The notes below the pieces were generated by a model. The model did no database searches, was not told the origin of the DNA, and saw only the letters and a program-made list of their open reading frames with translations. Below, one piece after another: positions 38,184-48,618 of a DNA stretch of 64,000 nucleotides. A program made the position numbers and the translations under genes. Location: positions 1-64,000 of the forward strand of contig CAXXTC010000005.1 of NCBI GenBank assembly GCA_963666925.2, given 5' to 3'. Origin of the DNA: Phycisphaerae bacterium (lineage in GTDB: Bacteria > Planctomycetota > Phycisphaerae > UBA1845 > Fen-1342). Position 1 is the first letter of the stretch. Each line of letters begins with the position of its first letter.

Positions 38184-39260
38184 TCAGCCACGCTTACGCT
38201 GGCTGATATCGATCTGGCGCTCGAGCGTTTCGGCCGCCCGGCGAACGCGCAAGGATACATTGGGCCGCAGCGCGGGGGCCAGTTCCGCCCGGGCCGCATC
38301 AACGCGGCCCAGGTGCCAGAGCACCTCGGCGCGCAACACCGGCACCCATTCAACCTGCCACGGCTCCACCTCACGCGCCGGCTGCGTGGTGCTCGGGCCG
38401 GCCGCCAGCCACTCCAACTGCGCCATGGCCGCCGGCCAGCGCTGAAGCCGTAAGAACGTGCGGGCCAGCAGCAGACGAAAATCGCCGCTGGTTGGACTAT
38501 CGACGAGACGATCCTCAGTCAACATCACCGCGCGGCCGTAATCAGCCACCTCAAACGCCTTGGACGCTTCGAGCCAGCGCCCGCCGGCGGCATCGGGTAC
38601 TTCGAAGCGCACTGGGCTGTCCCCGGGCGGAGCGGCGGCAGCACCGTCCGGCAACTTGCACAAACGTAGATCGTCGATCCAGAGCACGCCCGGCAAACCG
38701 TAGGTCCACAGCGTCACGCGCGCGAACTTGATGTCGAAGCGCTGCTCGCCAAACTCCACGGCCGCGGGCATGACGCAGTCCAGTGCGAACGGCTGCCACT
38801 GCTCCCCGGCACAATTCCACTGCTCTCCCGCGAACACGGGCTCGTCAGCGGTCTGCATCTCGCCGCGGACCATGCGATCGATGGTCGCACAACCCTCGAC
38901 CAGCAGTTGCAGCCGCGGGCCGGTCGAGCGAACGACGCCGGTACAGCGATAGCGTGCTCCCGGTTCGAGCGTAAGCTGATCCGCGCTCACCAGCGTGACG
39001 CCGAAATATTCCAGCGCGCGCTTCGGCGCCTTGATCTGCACGACGGGGCCACGCTCCGGATCTTCGTCGGGCTTGATCAAGCCGGGCTGATTGCTGGTCC
39101 AGTGTTCGGGCAGCTTGCCGTCCTCGCCCCAATCCTCAAACCCGCCATTCGGCAGCAGGTTGGCCGACTCCGGCGCCGGCGCGGTCGTCTGCCCCAGACA
39201 AAACGCCACGCCGCCAACCAACACCAGGGCCGCAATCAGAAATCGCCGGTAGTTCATCAC
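38184..39260 (-). CDS. exported protein with a carbohydrate-binding-like beta-sandwich and C-terminal TPR
   Basis: signal peptide; NLLPNGGFE..W..WIDDLRL. Confidence 0.7.
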   Translation of the reverse strand: MMNYRRFLIAALVLVGGVAFCLGQTTAPAPESANLLPNGGFEDWGEDGKLPEHWTSNQPGLIKPDEDPERGPVVQIKAPKRALEYFGVTLVSADQLTLEPGARYRCTGVVRSTGPRLQLLVEGCATIDRMVRGEMQTADEPVFAGEQWNCAGEQWQPFALDCVMPAAVEFGEQRFDIKFARVTLWTYGLPGVLWIDDLRLCKLPDGAAAAPPGDSPVRFEVPDAAGGRWLEASKAFEVADYGRAVMLTEDRLVDSPTSGDFRLLLARTFLRLQRWPAAMAQLEWLAAGPSTTQPAREVEPWQVEWVPVLRAEVLWHLGRVDAARAELAPALRPNVSLRVRRAAETLERQIDISQRKRG

Positions 39261-40438
39261 AGATCATCCACCGCTGGCCGGTAGCCCTGGATTTCAAACG
39301 GCGAAACCTCCAGACTGCCGCCGAGGAAATCGTAGTAGGGCATGACGATGGCCTGCCGAACTTTTTCCGCCGTCGTTCGGCTCGGGTCAAATGTGACGCG
39401 AACGCGGGCGACGGTCGGGTTGGGCCAAGTTTCGACCTTCACGTAGCCGGCCAGGGCATAATCATCGTCGCGCCCGAGCCAGCGATCGACCAAGTCGCTC
39501 GAGCTTCCGCGACAGGTCACGCCGACGACCTCCAGCGAAACGCTCGCCGTCTCGGCCGGCGCGTCACCGCGCGACTGAACAAACGATGGCAGCGGAAACG
39601 CATACGTCGCCGCCACCGCCGCCCCGATACAGGCCAGTATGACGACCAGTATGGCGACCTGCGGCAATCGTCCGCCCCAGCCCTTCGGCAGGCCCCACCA
39701 AAGCGCACCGTCAGCCAGCTTCGGACAAGCCGACACGCAATCAAGACAAGCCGTGCAGCGCGACGCGGTAACCTGCCGCACCTGGTCGACCTTGATGTTC
39801 ATCGGGCAGACACGCTGGCAGATGCCGCAATCGACGCACGTCGCCTCGTCGCGATGAACACGCGTGGGAGCAATGCGCGAAAACGGCGTGAAAATCGCGG
39901 CCAGCGGGCACAGCCAGCGACAGAACGGCACCATAACGAAAAGCGAACCGAGGACAACGGCGCCGCTGACCACGTAAGCCCAGATGGTGATGTCCTTGCC
40001 ATGCCGACTTATCAATGCATAGCACGGGTCGGCCGCACGAAACAGCAGCTCGCCGGAAGTCCAGGTGATGTAGAGGATGAACGCTAAGACGGCGTACTTG
40101 AGCAATGCCAGCGAGCGGTCGAGCACGTAGGGCACCTGGCGACGCTTCATGCCGAGCGCCCGCCCCAGGTCATAAACCCATTCAGAGATGGCCCCGATCG
40201 GGCACACATAACCACAAAACGCCCGGCGCAGCAGCAACGTCATCAGCAGCACCGCGCCGAGAATGAAGAAATTGGCCACACCCAGCGAGCAGGTCATGGT
40301 GCCATTGGTCACGTAGCTGTAAAGCGCCTCGACGCCGCCGAGCGGACACCACCGTTCGCAGTGCCCATTGACGATGAACACCCCGACGATGACGAGCACG
40401 AGAAAGGCCAGTTGAGTGAGGCGACGGACGATCTTCAT
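39257..40438 (-). CDS. membrane 4Fe-4S protein (NapH/MauN/YccM-like) with a C-terminal HMA-like domain
   Basis: CERWCP, FCGYVCP, FCRWLCP, CVDCGICQRVCP, CTACLDCVSACP. Confidence 0.85.
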   Translation of the reverse strand: MKIVRRLTQLAFLVLVIVGVFIVNGHCERWCPLGGVEALYSYVTNGTMTCSLGVANFFILGAVLLMTLLLRRAFCGYVCPIGAISEWVYDLGRALGMKRRQVPYVLDRSLALLKYAVLAFILYITWTSGELLFRAADPCYALISRHGKDITIWAYVVSGAVVLGSLFVMVPFCRWLCPLAAIFTPFSRIAPTRVHRDEATCVDCGICQRVCPMNIKVDQVRQVTASRCTACLDCVSACPKLADGALWWGLPKGWGGRLPQVAILVVILACIGAAVAATYAFPLPSFVQSRGDAPAETASVSLEVVGVTCRGSSSDLVDRWLGRDDDYALAGYVKVETWPNPTVARVRVTFDPSRTTAEKVRQAIVMPYYDFLGGSLEVSPFEIQGYRPAVDDL

Positions 40439-40547
40439 TGCTGCTGACACCTGCGAGAAACGTGAAAGCACAAAGCCCCCGGCCACGCCCATCCGAGCGA
40501 TTGGTGGTCCGGGCACAGCGAGGATCAACTCGCGGCCCGCCAGTCTA

Positions 40548-42773
40548 TCAGATAGGTTCCGGCTCGCGAAGCGGCCCGTCCGGCGACCGGCGGCCGAACA
40601 TGCAGATCAGGACCCCGATCAGCGTCAAACCCAAAGCGCCCAGCACCCACGCCACGGGCGGGTAACCGCCGTCGCCGACCACGTAGCCCAGTCGTTCCAG
40701 CACGGGCTGCAACGCGTCCGAGCGCCCCGACAGCACGGCCAGGCCGTTGTTCAGCAGGTGCGCCAGCATGGCCGGATAGATCGACCCGAAGCGGATCACG
40801 AGCACCCCGAAGAGCACGCCCAGGCCCGCGGTCACCGCCAAGCGATGGATGCTGTGATGATTGGCGCCGAAAGCGACGGCAACGATGAGGATTGCGAAGA
40901 TGACGCCCAGCGATCCGCGCAACCCCTGGAGCGCAAAGCCGCGGAAAAACAGCTCTTCGCCGATGGCCGGCACCAGAGCAACAAAGAAGACGACGACCAG
41001 AGGATTGATCTGATCCAGCACACCGAGCATCTCGCCGAACGCCTGCTCGTACTCGCGCGGGATCGGCAGCCAGGTCTCCTGGAAGCTCAGCCAAACCTGG
41101 CTCAGGATCCAAACAGAGGACCCGAAGCACAGCGCCGCGATCCAGCCACCCAGCGGCGGCAGGCGCAGCGCGAAGGTCTCCTTGATATTCACGCGGGCGT
41201 ACAAACACAGCGCCAACGGCGCGCCCACGAACAGCCCGAAGATCACCGCCGTCAGCCCCCCCCAATACCACATCGTGCCCAGCACGCCGGGCTTGGCCAA
41301 CAACGCCTGCTGGATGAAGAAGTTAGCCGAGAATACGGCCGCAATGAGCAGAAACGCCTGGGCCACATTAGGCCAGCGTGCCGGCTTGAAGAAACGCCGC
41401 TGGAAAATGGTCTTGATCGAACCGCTGTCGGCAAAGAGCACCGCTTCCTGGCCGAACAGCTTGGCGGCGACGGCCACCGCCGCCCCGGCATAAATCGTCG
41501 TCGACAGCGTCACCCAGAGTATGTTTACGGTGCTCCCCTGCCCGGTGAACAGGTCGCGCGTTAAAATCACGATGTTCGTCACCGGCATGATCAGCAGTGG
41601 CCCGCTCAGCTTCATCCCCGGCAACGCCCCAACCACCGCCGGTATCAGCGCCGCCACCATCACCGGCATGACGTAGTTCTGAGCCTCCTTGAAGCTGCGC
41701 GCAAAGCTGCACACGGCAAGCAGAACCGCACTGAACATGATTGCGAGCGGAACCAGCACCACCAGCACCCACGGCAGCGCCTTGAGCGGAATCACCACCG
41801 CGCTCTGCTGCGTAAGAATCTGCCCCAGCCCGCCCAGGTAGATCGTCCCGCCGATCGACAACAGGTTCAGCCCCGCACTGAGCATGCCTATCAATGCCAC
41901 GACGACAAACTTGCCCGCAATCAGATCAACCGTGGGCACCGGAGCGACCATGAGCGTTTCGAGCGTGCCGCGCTCACGCTCGCCGGCCGTCAGATCGATG
42001 GCCGGGTAAATTGCCCCAGTGATGGTCATGATGATCAGAATGAGCGGGACAATCTGTCCGAGGATCGAGCCGCCGACCTTTTCCGGCGTCGCGACGGTTT
42101 CCTGAACCACGTCGATCGGCCGCACGAACGTGTCGGCCAGGTTCTCACGCCGCAGACGCTGGCGCAGCAGCTCGCTATCGGCCCGCTCAAAAACACCTCC
42201 CAGACCCGCCACCGCCATCTGGCTACGAATCTCAGTCTGGTCCAGCAGAAGCGTGATGGGCGCTGACGCGTCGCCCGCGGCGCTGGGTGGCGGACCGCCC
42301 AGCACAACGCCGGCATGCAATTCCCCCTCCAAAACCTGTTTCGCCAGGAGTTCGGGATCGCTGACGATCTCGATCCGGTACTCTGGCGGCGTGGCCCGCA
42401 CACTCTCCCGGGCTGCGTCCGTCGGCGATTCATCGCGCGTCGCATCCTCTTCGTCGCCCGCGAGCTCGCCTTCCTTCCCCTTCTTCGCCAACTCCTCGGC
42501 CGACATTTCGGGCTGCGCCCCAGGCTGTCGCGCCGGGTCAGTGTCGATCATGTGGCGCAGCCACGACCGCACACTCTCCGACATCACGCCAACCCGATAC
42601 TCCTCCTGACGCAGTCGACTGACCTGCAACTCGAAACCCTGGAGCGAGCCCAGAATCATGGCCGGATACAGCACGATCGGCACCAGGATCATCGCGATCA
42701 GCGTGCGCCGATCGCGGAGCGTGTCGATCAACTCCTTGCGCCAGATAGTATTAATACGCGACAGGCGACTCAT
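40548..42773 (-). CDS. NatB-like ABC permease fused to a CPBP (Abi) intramembrane protease domain
   Basis: KELIDTLRDRR, AGERERGTLETL, ARSFKEAQ, EELFFRG, H..NN. Confidence 0.9.
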   Translation of the reverse strand: MSRLSRINTIWRKELIDTLRDRRTLIAMILVPIVLYPAMILGSLQGFELQVSRLRQEEYRVGVMSESVRSWLRHMIDTDPARQPGAQPEMSAEELAKKGKEGELAGDEEDATRDESPTDAARESVRATPPEYRIEIVSDPELLAKQVLEGELHAGVVLGGPPPSAAGDASAPITLLLDQTEIRSQMAVAGLGGVFERADSELLRQRLRRENLADTFVRPIDVVQETVATPEKVGGSILGQIVPLILIIMTITGAIYPAIDLTAGERERGTLETLMVAPVPTVDLIAGKFVVVALIGMLSAGLNLLSIGGTIYLGGLGQILTQQSAVVIPLKALPWVLVVLVPLAIMFSAVLLAVCSFARSFKEAQNYVMPVMVAALIPAVVGALPGMKLSGPLLIMPVTNIVILTRDLFTGQGSTVNILWVTLSTTIYAGAAVAVAAKLFGQEAVLFADSGSIKTIFQRRFFKPARWPNVAQAFLLIAAVFSANFFIQQALLAKPGVLGTMWYWGGLTAVIFGLFVGAPLALCLYARVNIKETFALRLPPLGGWIAALCFGSSVWILSQVWLSFQETWLPIPREYEQAFGEMLGVLDQINPLVVVFFVALVPAIGEELFFRGFALQGLRGSLGVIFAILIVAVAFGANHHSIHRLAVTAGLGVLFGVLVIRFGSIYPAMLAHLLNNGLAVLSGRSDALQPVLERLGYVVGDGGYPPVAWVLGALGLTLIGVLICMFGRRSPDGPLREPEPI

Positions 42774-42860
42774 GCTGCACCAGATCCGGACCGGCAGCGC
42801 AACTCGTCAGCGATCGCAGCGACCGCGCGGTTGACACTACCATTCCCGCATGTTGAAGCC

Positions 42861-43613
42861 TTATCCGGCAAAGACCGACTCCGCTGCCCCGACCAGTTGC
42901 AGGAACACCTCGCTCAGTCGACTACGGCCTGTCTGTTTCCTCAGATCCTCAAGCTCGCCCTCGGCCACCAGCCGACCATCGTGAATCAGCCCGATCCGCT
43001 TGCACATCGTCTCGATCTCATCCAGGGCATGCGTCGACAGCAGCACGGCCTTACCCTGCTCGGCCTGCGTCCGAATGAACTCGAGGATGATCCGGTTGCT
43101 CAGCACATCGAGCCCCAGCGTGGGCTCGTCCAGCACCAGTATGGGCGGGTCGGCTATCAGCGCCCGGGCGATGTTGGTCCGCTGTTTCTGCCCCGTCGAA
43201 AGCGCCCCGCAACGCAAATTCACGTACGACTCCATCCCCAGCCAGGACACCAGGGCCTCAATTCGGCGCCGGGCCGCCTCACGCGGGATGTCATACAGCG
43301 TCGCAAAATACTCCAGCATCTCCCGCGGGGTCAGACGCACATACAACCCGGTGTTAGCCGTCAGGTAGCCAATCTGCCGCTTGACCAGCTCCGGCTCGGC
43401 AGTGACGTTGGTCCCATCGATCCACACCGCTCCCGCCGTCGGTCGCAGAAGCCCGCTGATCATGCGCAGCGTGGTGGTCTTGCCGGCCCCATTAGGCCCC
43501 AACAGCCCATAAATCTCCCCGGGACGCACCTCAAAGTCGACATGATCGACCGCGATCTTCTCGGTGCCGTCGGGGTTGGGAAAAACCTTGGTTAGCTGTT
43601 CGATCCGGATCAT
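42861..43613 (-). CDS. NatA-like ABC transporter ATP-binding protein
   Basis: GPNGAGKT, LSTGQKQR, LDEPTLGLD. Confidence 0.9.
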   Translation of the reverse strand: MIRIEQLTKVFPNPDGTEKIAVDHVDFEVRPGEIYGLLGPNGAGKTTTLRMISGLLRPTAGAVWIDGTNVTAEPELVKRQIGYLTANTGLYVRLTPREMLEYFATLYDIPREAARRRIEALVSWLGMESYVNLRCGALSTGQKQRTNIARALIADPPILVLDEPTLGLDVLSNRIILEFIRTQAEQGKAVLLSTHALDEIETMCKRIGLIHDGRLVAEGELEDLRKQTGRSRLSEVFLQLVGAAESVFAG

Positions 43614-43756
43614 GCTGCCATCCGTGTGCGTCCGAACCGGGTTCGGCGGTCCCCTTCTTATCGGGTGTTCGGCGGCTGACCTTGTGGGCGCCGACGCCGC
43701 CCGCGAATGCGGTAGCGTAGCGGATCGAGCCCGACTCCGCGACCGCGGGGCTGTGG

Positions 43757-45355
43757 TTACACAAGTGAAATAAGCGGCCGGTCACGCTGCTCCGACGCGG
43801 TGGTGGGCAGCTTCACCCAGAAGGTGGCCCCGTGCCCGAGCATGCTATCGACCCCAATCTCGCCGCCGAGCAGGTGCGTCAGCTCCCGGGCGATCGCCAG
43901 CCCGAGACCGGTGCCATGATGCTCGCGCGTGGCCGACTGGTCGATCTGACGGAACTTCTCAAAAATGACCTGCTGATCTTCGGGCGCTATGCCGGGCCCG
44001 GTATCACGCGCCCAGAGCCGTACGTGCTGATCATCGACCCGCTCGGCTCCAAGCCAGACGCGCCCACCCTCGGGCGTAAACTTGATCGCGTTGGACAGCA
44101 GGTTAAACAGAATCTGCCGCAGCCGACCCCGATCGGTAAACACCGCCGGCAACCCCTGATCAGCCTCCTGGATTAGCCGAACTTTCTTTTTGTCCGCCAG
44201 CGGCCGAACATAATCCAGCAACGTCCCACACAAATCCTCGACACGCACCGATTCGATCCGCAGTTCGGTCTTGCCCGCCTCCAGCTTCGCCAAATCGAGC
44301 AGGTCGTTGATGATCTCCAGCAGAATCCGCCCCGAAATTAGAATGTTCTCCGCATAACGCGCCAGCCGAACGTCGGCATCGCTCTGCGGACTCTCGCGCA
44401 GCAGCTCAGCAAACCCGATAATACTCGTCAGCGGCGTGCGCAATTCGTGCGAAACATTGGCCAGGAACTCGCTCTTGACCCGGTTGGCCTCATACAACGC
44501 CACGTTCGTCTCGGCCATCTCGCCGAGCTTCTCATCGAGCAACTGATTGGCCTTGCGCAGCTCCTCCTGCGATGCCCGTAGACGCTCGAGCATCGTGTTC
44601 AGGTTCTCGGAAAGCTGTTCAAACTCGTCACCGGTCTGCACCGTCGCGCGGACATTCATGTCGCCATCAGTGACGCGCAGCGCGACCGAACGCAGCTCCT
44701 GGATCGGCGAGAGTATGAAACGCGTCGTGATCACGTAGAAAACCAGGATGGCGAGAATTCCCGCCAGCGCCCCAGCCGCCACGATCACCACCCGGTTGAG
44801 CAGCGACGATTGACCGCTCTGCTCGATCGGCAGCGACACGGCGATCACCCCCGCGAGTTGGTTCTCGCGATAGGGTCGGGCGCTGCCACCCTCGTCGTGA
44901 CAGCCCAGGCAGCCGCGTGTAACCCACACAGCATGGGCATAGCGAAACTGTCGACCCGCGTCGTCGCGCACCGCGCGGTAGTAAAACTCCTTGTTGGGGT
45001 GACGCCGAAAGGAGCGCAGCGCCTCGCTGACAAACTCGTCGCCACCCGCGGCGACCTCGTCCGGGGCGTTCTCCTCCGACTGCTGCTCGGCCCGCAGGAA
45101 GCGCGGGCGCTGCGTCTGCTTCTCGGGCAGCAGGCTGAACTTCCCACTGTGCACGCTGCCCGCACCCGCCGGATGATCTGGCACCGGCAAGCTCGCGCGG
45201 AAGTAGTCCTCGACGACGGCCTGTGCCTCGCGGAAGGGCTGCTGATAGATGATGACCTCCATGTAATACCACGGCACCGCCAGCGCAGCGCCGATGATCA
45301 GCGCTACCGCCAGGCCGAAAAGAATCCGCGTTTTGGTGGCCAGTGATATCCGCAC
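43757..45355 (-). CDS. sensor histidine kinase (periplasmic CxxCH domain, HAMP, HisKA, HATPase)
   Basis: CLGCH; FLANVSHELRTPL; NLLSNAIKF; DTGPGI; GTGLGL. Confidence 0.9.
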   Translation of the reverse strand: MRISLATKTRILFGLAVALIIGAALAVPWYYMEVIIYQQPFREAQAVVEDYFRASLPVPDHPAGAGSVHSGKFSLLPEKQTQRPRFLRAEQQSEENAPDEVAAGGDEFVSEALRSFRRHPNKEFYYRAVRDDAGRQFRYAHAVWVTRGCLGCHDEGGSARPYRENQLAGVIAVSLPIEQSGQSSLLNRVVIVAAGALAGILAILVFYVITTRFILSPIQELRSVALRVTDGDMNVRATVQTGDEFEQLSENLNTMLERLRASQEELRKANQLLDEKLGEMAETNVALYEANRVKSEFLANVSHELRTPLTSIIGFAELLRESPQSDADVRLARYAENILISGRILLEIINDLLDLAKLEAGKTELRIESVRVEDLCGTLLDYVRPLADKKKVRLIQEADQGLPAVFTDRGRLRQILFNLLSNAIKFTPEGGRVWLGAERVDDQHVRLWARDTGPGIAPEDQQVIFEKFRQIDQSATREHHGTGLGLAIARELTHLLGGEIGVDSMLGHGATFWVKLPTTASEQRDRPLISLV

Positions 45356-45585
45356 GGGGCGCCTGCTGCGTGGGATTGTCAGGAGTTGTCGAACCGCCGA
45401 TCGGTCCCGCGTGGACTTCATTATAAAGCGTGACGCGCAGCGATGCGCGGGCCGCTGGTTTGCCCGCAAACGCTGCACCCGCGTATAGTGCACCCGGTGC
45501 TGGTCTGCCGACCGCATGCCAGGCGCACGCCCGGCCGCCGTCAATCAACACCGCCTACGATGCCTCCAGCCGTAACGAGGTGGCA

Positions 45586-47454
45586 ATGAAGACCGTATCC
45601 GTTCGGCAAACTCTCACGTGGCAGGCGCTCACCCTGCTCATACTGCTATCCGCGAGCTTGAATGGCTGCAATATCGTCGCACAGACGGATCGCCAGGTGG
45701 CAACACTGATCGCCGCTCGACAGCGCCATGCCCTGGGCTGCTCCGTGCCCGTCGACGTCGGCCACGACGAGCCCGAATCGATAGAGAACGCGTACGCCCG
45801 AAACCCCCGGCCAACCACACTGGAGGTGCCGCCCGGGTTTGAGCCGACCACCACACAACCCGCCGAAACTCAACCGGCCATCACGCTATCAACCGCGGCA
45901 CAGCCAACCACCACCCAAGCGGCGGTAACCCAACCCACCACTACGCTGCCAGCCGAAACACAACCAGCACCGTCCCGCGGGTCGGTCTTCACGCTGACCG
46001 ACGCATTGGCCTATGCCCAGCGTCACCGGCGGGCCTATCAAACCGCCAAGGAAGAGCTCTACTTGGCAGCGTTGAACCTGACGCTCGAACGCCACCTTTG
46101 GACGCCCATCTTCGCCGCCAGTCTGCGCACGGTATACGGCAACTACGGCGAGGCCCAGGACTTCGACCAGGCCATGCGCTTCGTCGGCGATTTGGAGGTT
46201 TCCCAGCGGCTGCCCTACGGCGGCGAGTTCACCGCCGGGATGATCAGCACGCTGATCCGTGACGTGGGCAAAACCATCACCGCCGAGGAACAAAGCGAGG
46301 TCGTCCTGGGGCTGACGGTACCACTCCTACGCGGGGCCGGCCACGTGGCCCAGGAGAACCTCATCCAGCTCGAGCGTGAGCTGACTTACTCGGTGCGAAC
46401 GTTCGAGCGCTATCGGCGCAGCCAGCTCGTATCGGTCGCACGGGCGTATTTCAATCTCCTGCGGTACAAGCAGGCGGTGCTGGACAGCCAGGACAGCCTC
46501 GAGCGCGCCATCATCGACTTCCAGCGCGCCCAGGACGTAGAGGAACTTCCCAACGGCAGCCCGCTCGACACGCAACGTGCCGAGCAGCGCATGCTGAGCC
46601 AGCAAAACTCACTTGAAATCGCACGCGAGTCTTTCCGCGCCCTGGCCGACGACTTCAAGATTCTCATTGGCATGCCGGTGGATGAGCCGCTGGGCCTTGA
46701 TGATCTGGAAAACATCGAAATCATCGAGCGGCAGATCGCCACCGGCCAATACCCATTGCTGCGGCGCGTGCCGGCCGTCCAGAACGAAGAGCTGGCCGTC
46801 CAGGTCGCGCTCGAGCGGCGCTTCGATCTGCTTACCTCTTGCGACCGAATCGACGATGCCCGACGCGACGTGGCGATCAGCCGCAACGCCCTGCTACCCG
46901 ACCTTAACTGGTCCGGATCAGTGCGTTTCGACACCCAGGACGATCACTACAACATGGGCGCGTTCCACTTCGAGCGCGCCAACTGGTACACCGAGCTCGA
47001 GCTGGAGTTGCCGGTGGAGCGCACCGCGGAGCGCAACGAGCTGCGCCGTTCCCTGATCGAAGTGCGCCAAACCCAACGTGCGGCGACCGACCTGGCCGAG
47101 CGCATCCGCGCCGACGTGCGCAGCGCGGTCAACCAGTTACGCCTCCAGGAAATCTCGCTACGGATTCAAAAGCGTAACGTCGAGGTCGCCCGGAGTCGCG
47201 CGGAGTACGCCAAGTACCGCTTCGAGGAAATCGGCGACATCTCCAACCGCGACAAGATCGAAGCCGAGACGGAGCTACTCGACGCGTTGAACGCACTCAA
47301 CGAAGCCAAGACCGCCCGCTGGAGCGCGCTACTCGAGTTCCGCCTGGCCACCGAAACGCTCCAGATCGACGAACAGGGCGAGCAGTCAGCGCTGCCAGAC
47401 ATCGACTACCCCCTGCCCGCCCCCCCCTGCGACCAGAACCTGTCGCCCGAATAA
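45586..47454 (+). CDS. TolC-family outer membrane protein (lipoprotein signal)
   Basis: LNGC lipobox; LTDALAYA; two outer membrane efflux protein-like halves. Confidence 0.8.
   Translation: MKTVSVRQTLTWQALTLLILLSASLNGCNIVAQTDRQVATLIAARQRHALGCSVPVDVGHDEPESIENAYARNPRPTTLEVPPGFEPTTTQPAETQPAITLSTAAQPTTTQAAVTQPTTTLPAETQPAPSRGSVFTLTDALAYAQRHRRAYQTAKEELYLAALNLTLERHLWTPIFAASLRTVYGNYGEAQDFDQAMRFVGDLEVSQRLPYGGEFTAGMISTLIRDVGKTITAEEQSEVVLGLTVPLLRGAGHVAQENLIQLERELTYSVRTFERYRRSQLVSVARAYFNLLRYKQAVLDSQDSLERAIIDFQRAQDVEELPNGSPLDTQRAEQRMLSQQNSLEIARESFRALADDFKILIGMPVDEPLGLDDLENIEIIERQIATGQYPLLRRVPAVQNEELAVQVALERRFDLLTSCDRIDDARRDVAISRNALLPDLNWSGSVRFDTQDDHYNMGAFHFERANWYTELELELPVERTAERNELRRSLIEVRQTQRAATDLAERIRADVRSAVNQLRLQEISLRIQKRNVEVARSRAEYAKYRFEEIGDISNRDKIEAETELLDALNALNEAKTARWSALLEFRLATETLQIDEQGEQSALPDIDYPLPAPPCDQNLSPE
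45844..45963 (+). repeat. degenerate 30-bp coding tandem repeat (4 copies)
   Basis: PTTTQPAETQ/PAITLSTAAQ/PTTTQAAVTQ/PTTTLPAETQ. Confidence 0.7.
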
Positions 47455-47504
47455 GCCTGCGCACCGCCACTGTAGCCTTTCACGCTGTTTGCATGATATC
47501 AAGT

Positions 47505-47574
47505 GTGGGGCGGGCGTCTCGCCCGCCGTTTACGGCCCACAATCGAGGCTTGGCGGGCGGGACGCCCGCCCCAC
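47505..47574. repeat. REP-like palindrome doublet between convergent genes
   Basis: GTGGGGCGGGCGTCTCGCCCGCC ... GGCGGGCGGGACGCCCGCCCCAC. Confidence 0.8.
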
Positions 47575-47603
47575 CCCCGATGCGTGACTGGCGAAAGAGC
47601 CAC

Positions 47604-48593
47604 CTACGGATTGGGCGCCTGCACGCGATTCTCCTCCATCAACTTGTTGAACTTCCGCCGCAGGGACGAATCCATCACCCGGATATTGGCGCGGTTGAAC
47701 AGCTCACCCACCAACGTATTCATCTTCTCGGGAATGACGCGTTCGCGCATGCGCTCCTCAACTTGGTCGCGCACCTCGTCAAAACTCGACCCTGCCGGCG
47801 GAATCCGCCCCTCCAGTTTCACTACGTGCCACCAGCGCCCGATCTTCAGCGGCGCCGTCACCATCTCGCCCGGCTTCATCGCGAATGCCTGCTCGCGCAG
47901 CGCGGGGGCGATCTCTGGATCATCAAAAGTGAACGGCTCCATCAGCCCGCCGCGCGGAGCGGTGTCCGGGTTCTGGCTGGTACCACGGGCGACGTCGGCA
48001 AAATCGGTCCCCTGCTCGAGCTGCTTGATCACCTCGTAGAGCGTGTTCGAATCGCCCACGGGAATCTGGATGTGCCGCAGTTGCACCTTCTCACCATAGG
48101 TCCGGGCATACTCCTCGTGCAACGTGGCCTCGTCAACACGAAAACCACGCTCCACTACCTTGCGCAGGTGCGCGTTCCGCTCCATGCCCAGCATGAACTC
48201 CGCCATGGAGATGTTCTTCTGCTGGAGGAGAAACTCGAGCGACTGCCGACGTTCTTCCGGCGAAAGCCGCTTGCCGTCCTCCGAGATCTCCGGCGCGATG
48301 CGGTCCAGCGCCCGGTCATACTCCGCATCCACGTCCGCGAGCACGACCGGCAACCCCAAACGTTGCGTCTCGGCCTTGGCCAGTTCCAGAACAATGAGCT
48401 GCTGCATCACCTGCAACCCATAGCCGTCCATGAGCACCGAAACCATCTTGTGCTTGCTAACAGGCCGACCGTTGACGATCGCGACCGCGTCGCCGTCAGC
48501 CGCCCGCGCCGCCACCGGCCAGCACAGCCCAATCAGCACAACTCCCGCCAAGCACAAAAACCAAGCACAGCGAAATCCGGAAAGACGATACAT
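47604..48593 (-). CDS. PpiC/parvulin-type peptidyl-prolyl isomerase (SurA/PrsA-like)
   Basis: VAIVNG, VQLRHI, FADVAR..S..TAPRGG, WHVVK. Confidence 0.85.
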   Translation of the reverse strand: MYRLSGFRCAWFLCLAGVVLIGLCWPVAARAADGDAVAIVNGRPVSKHKMVSVLMDGYGLQVMQQLIVLELAKAETQRLGLPVVLADVDAEYDRALDRIAPEISEDGKRLSPEERRQSLEFLLQQKNISMAEFMLGMERNAHLRKVVERGFRVDEATLHEEYARTYGEKVQLRHIQIPVGDSNTLYEVIKQLEQGTDFADVARGTSQNPDTAPRGGLMEPFTFDDPEIAPALREQAFAMKPGEMVTAPLKIGRWWHVVKLEGRIPPAGSSFDEVRDQVEERMRERVIPEKMNTLVGELFNRANIRVMDSSLRRKFNKLMEENRVQAPNP

Positions 48594-48618
48594 CACTGAA
48601 TCTCCAGCGCCCGCCGAC

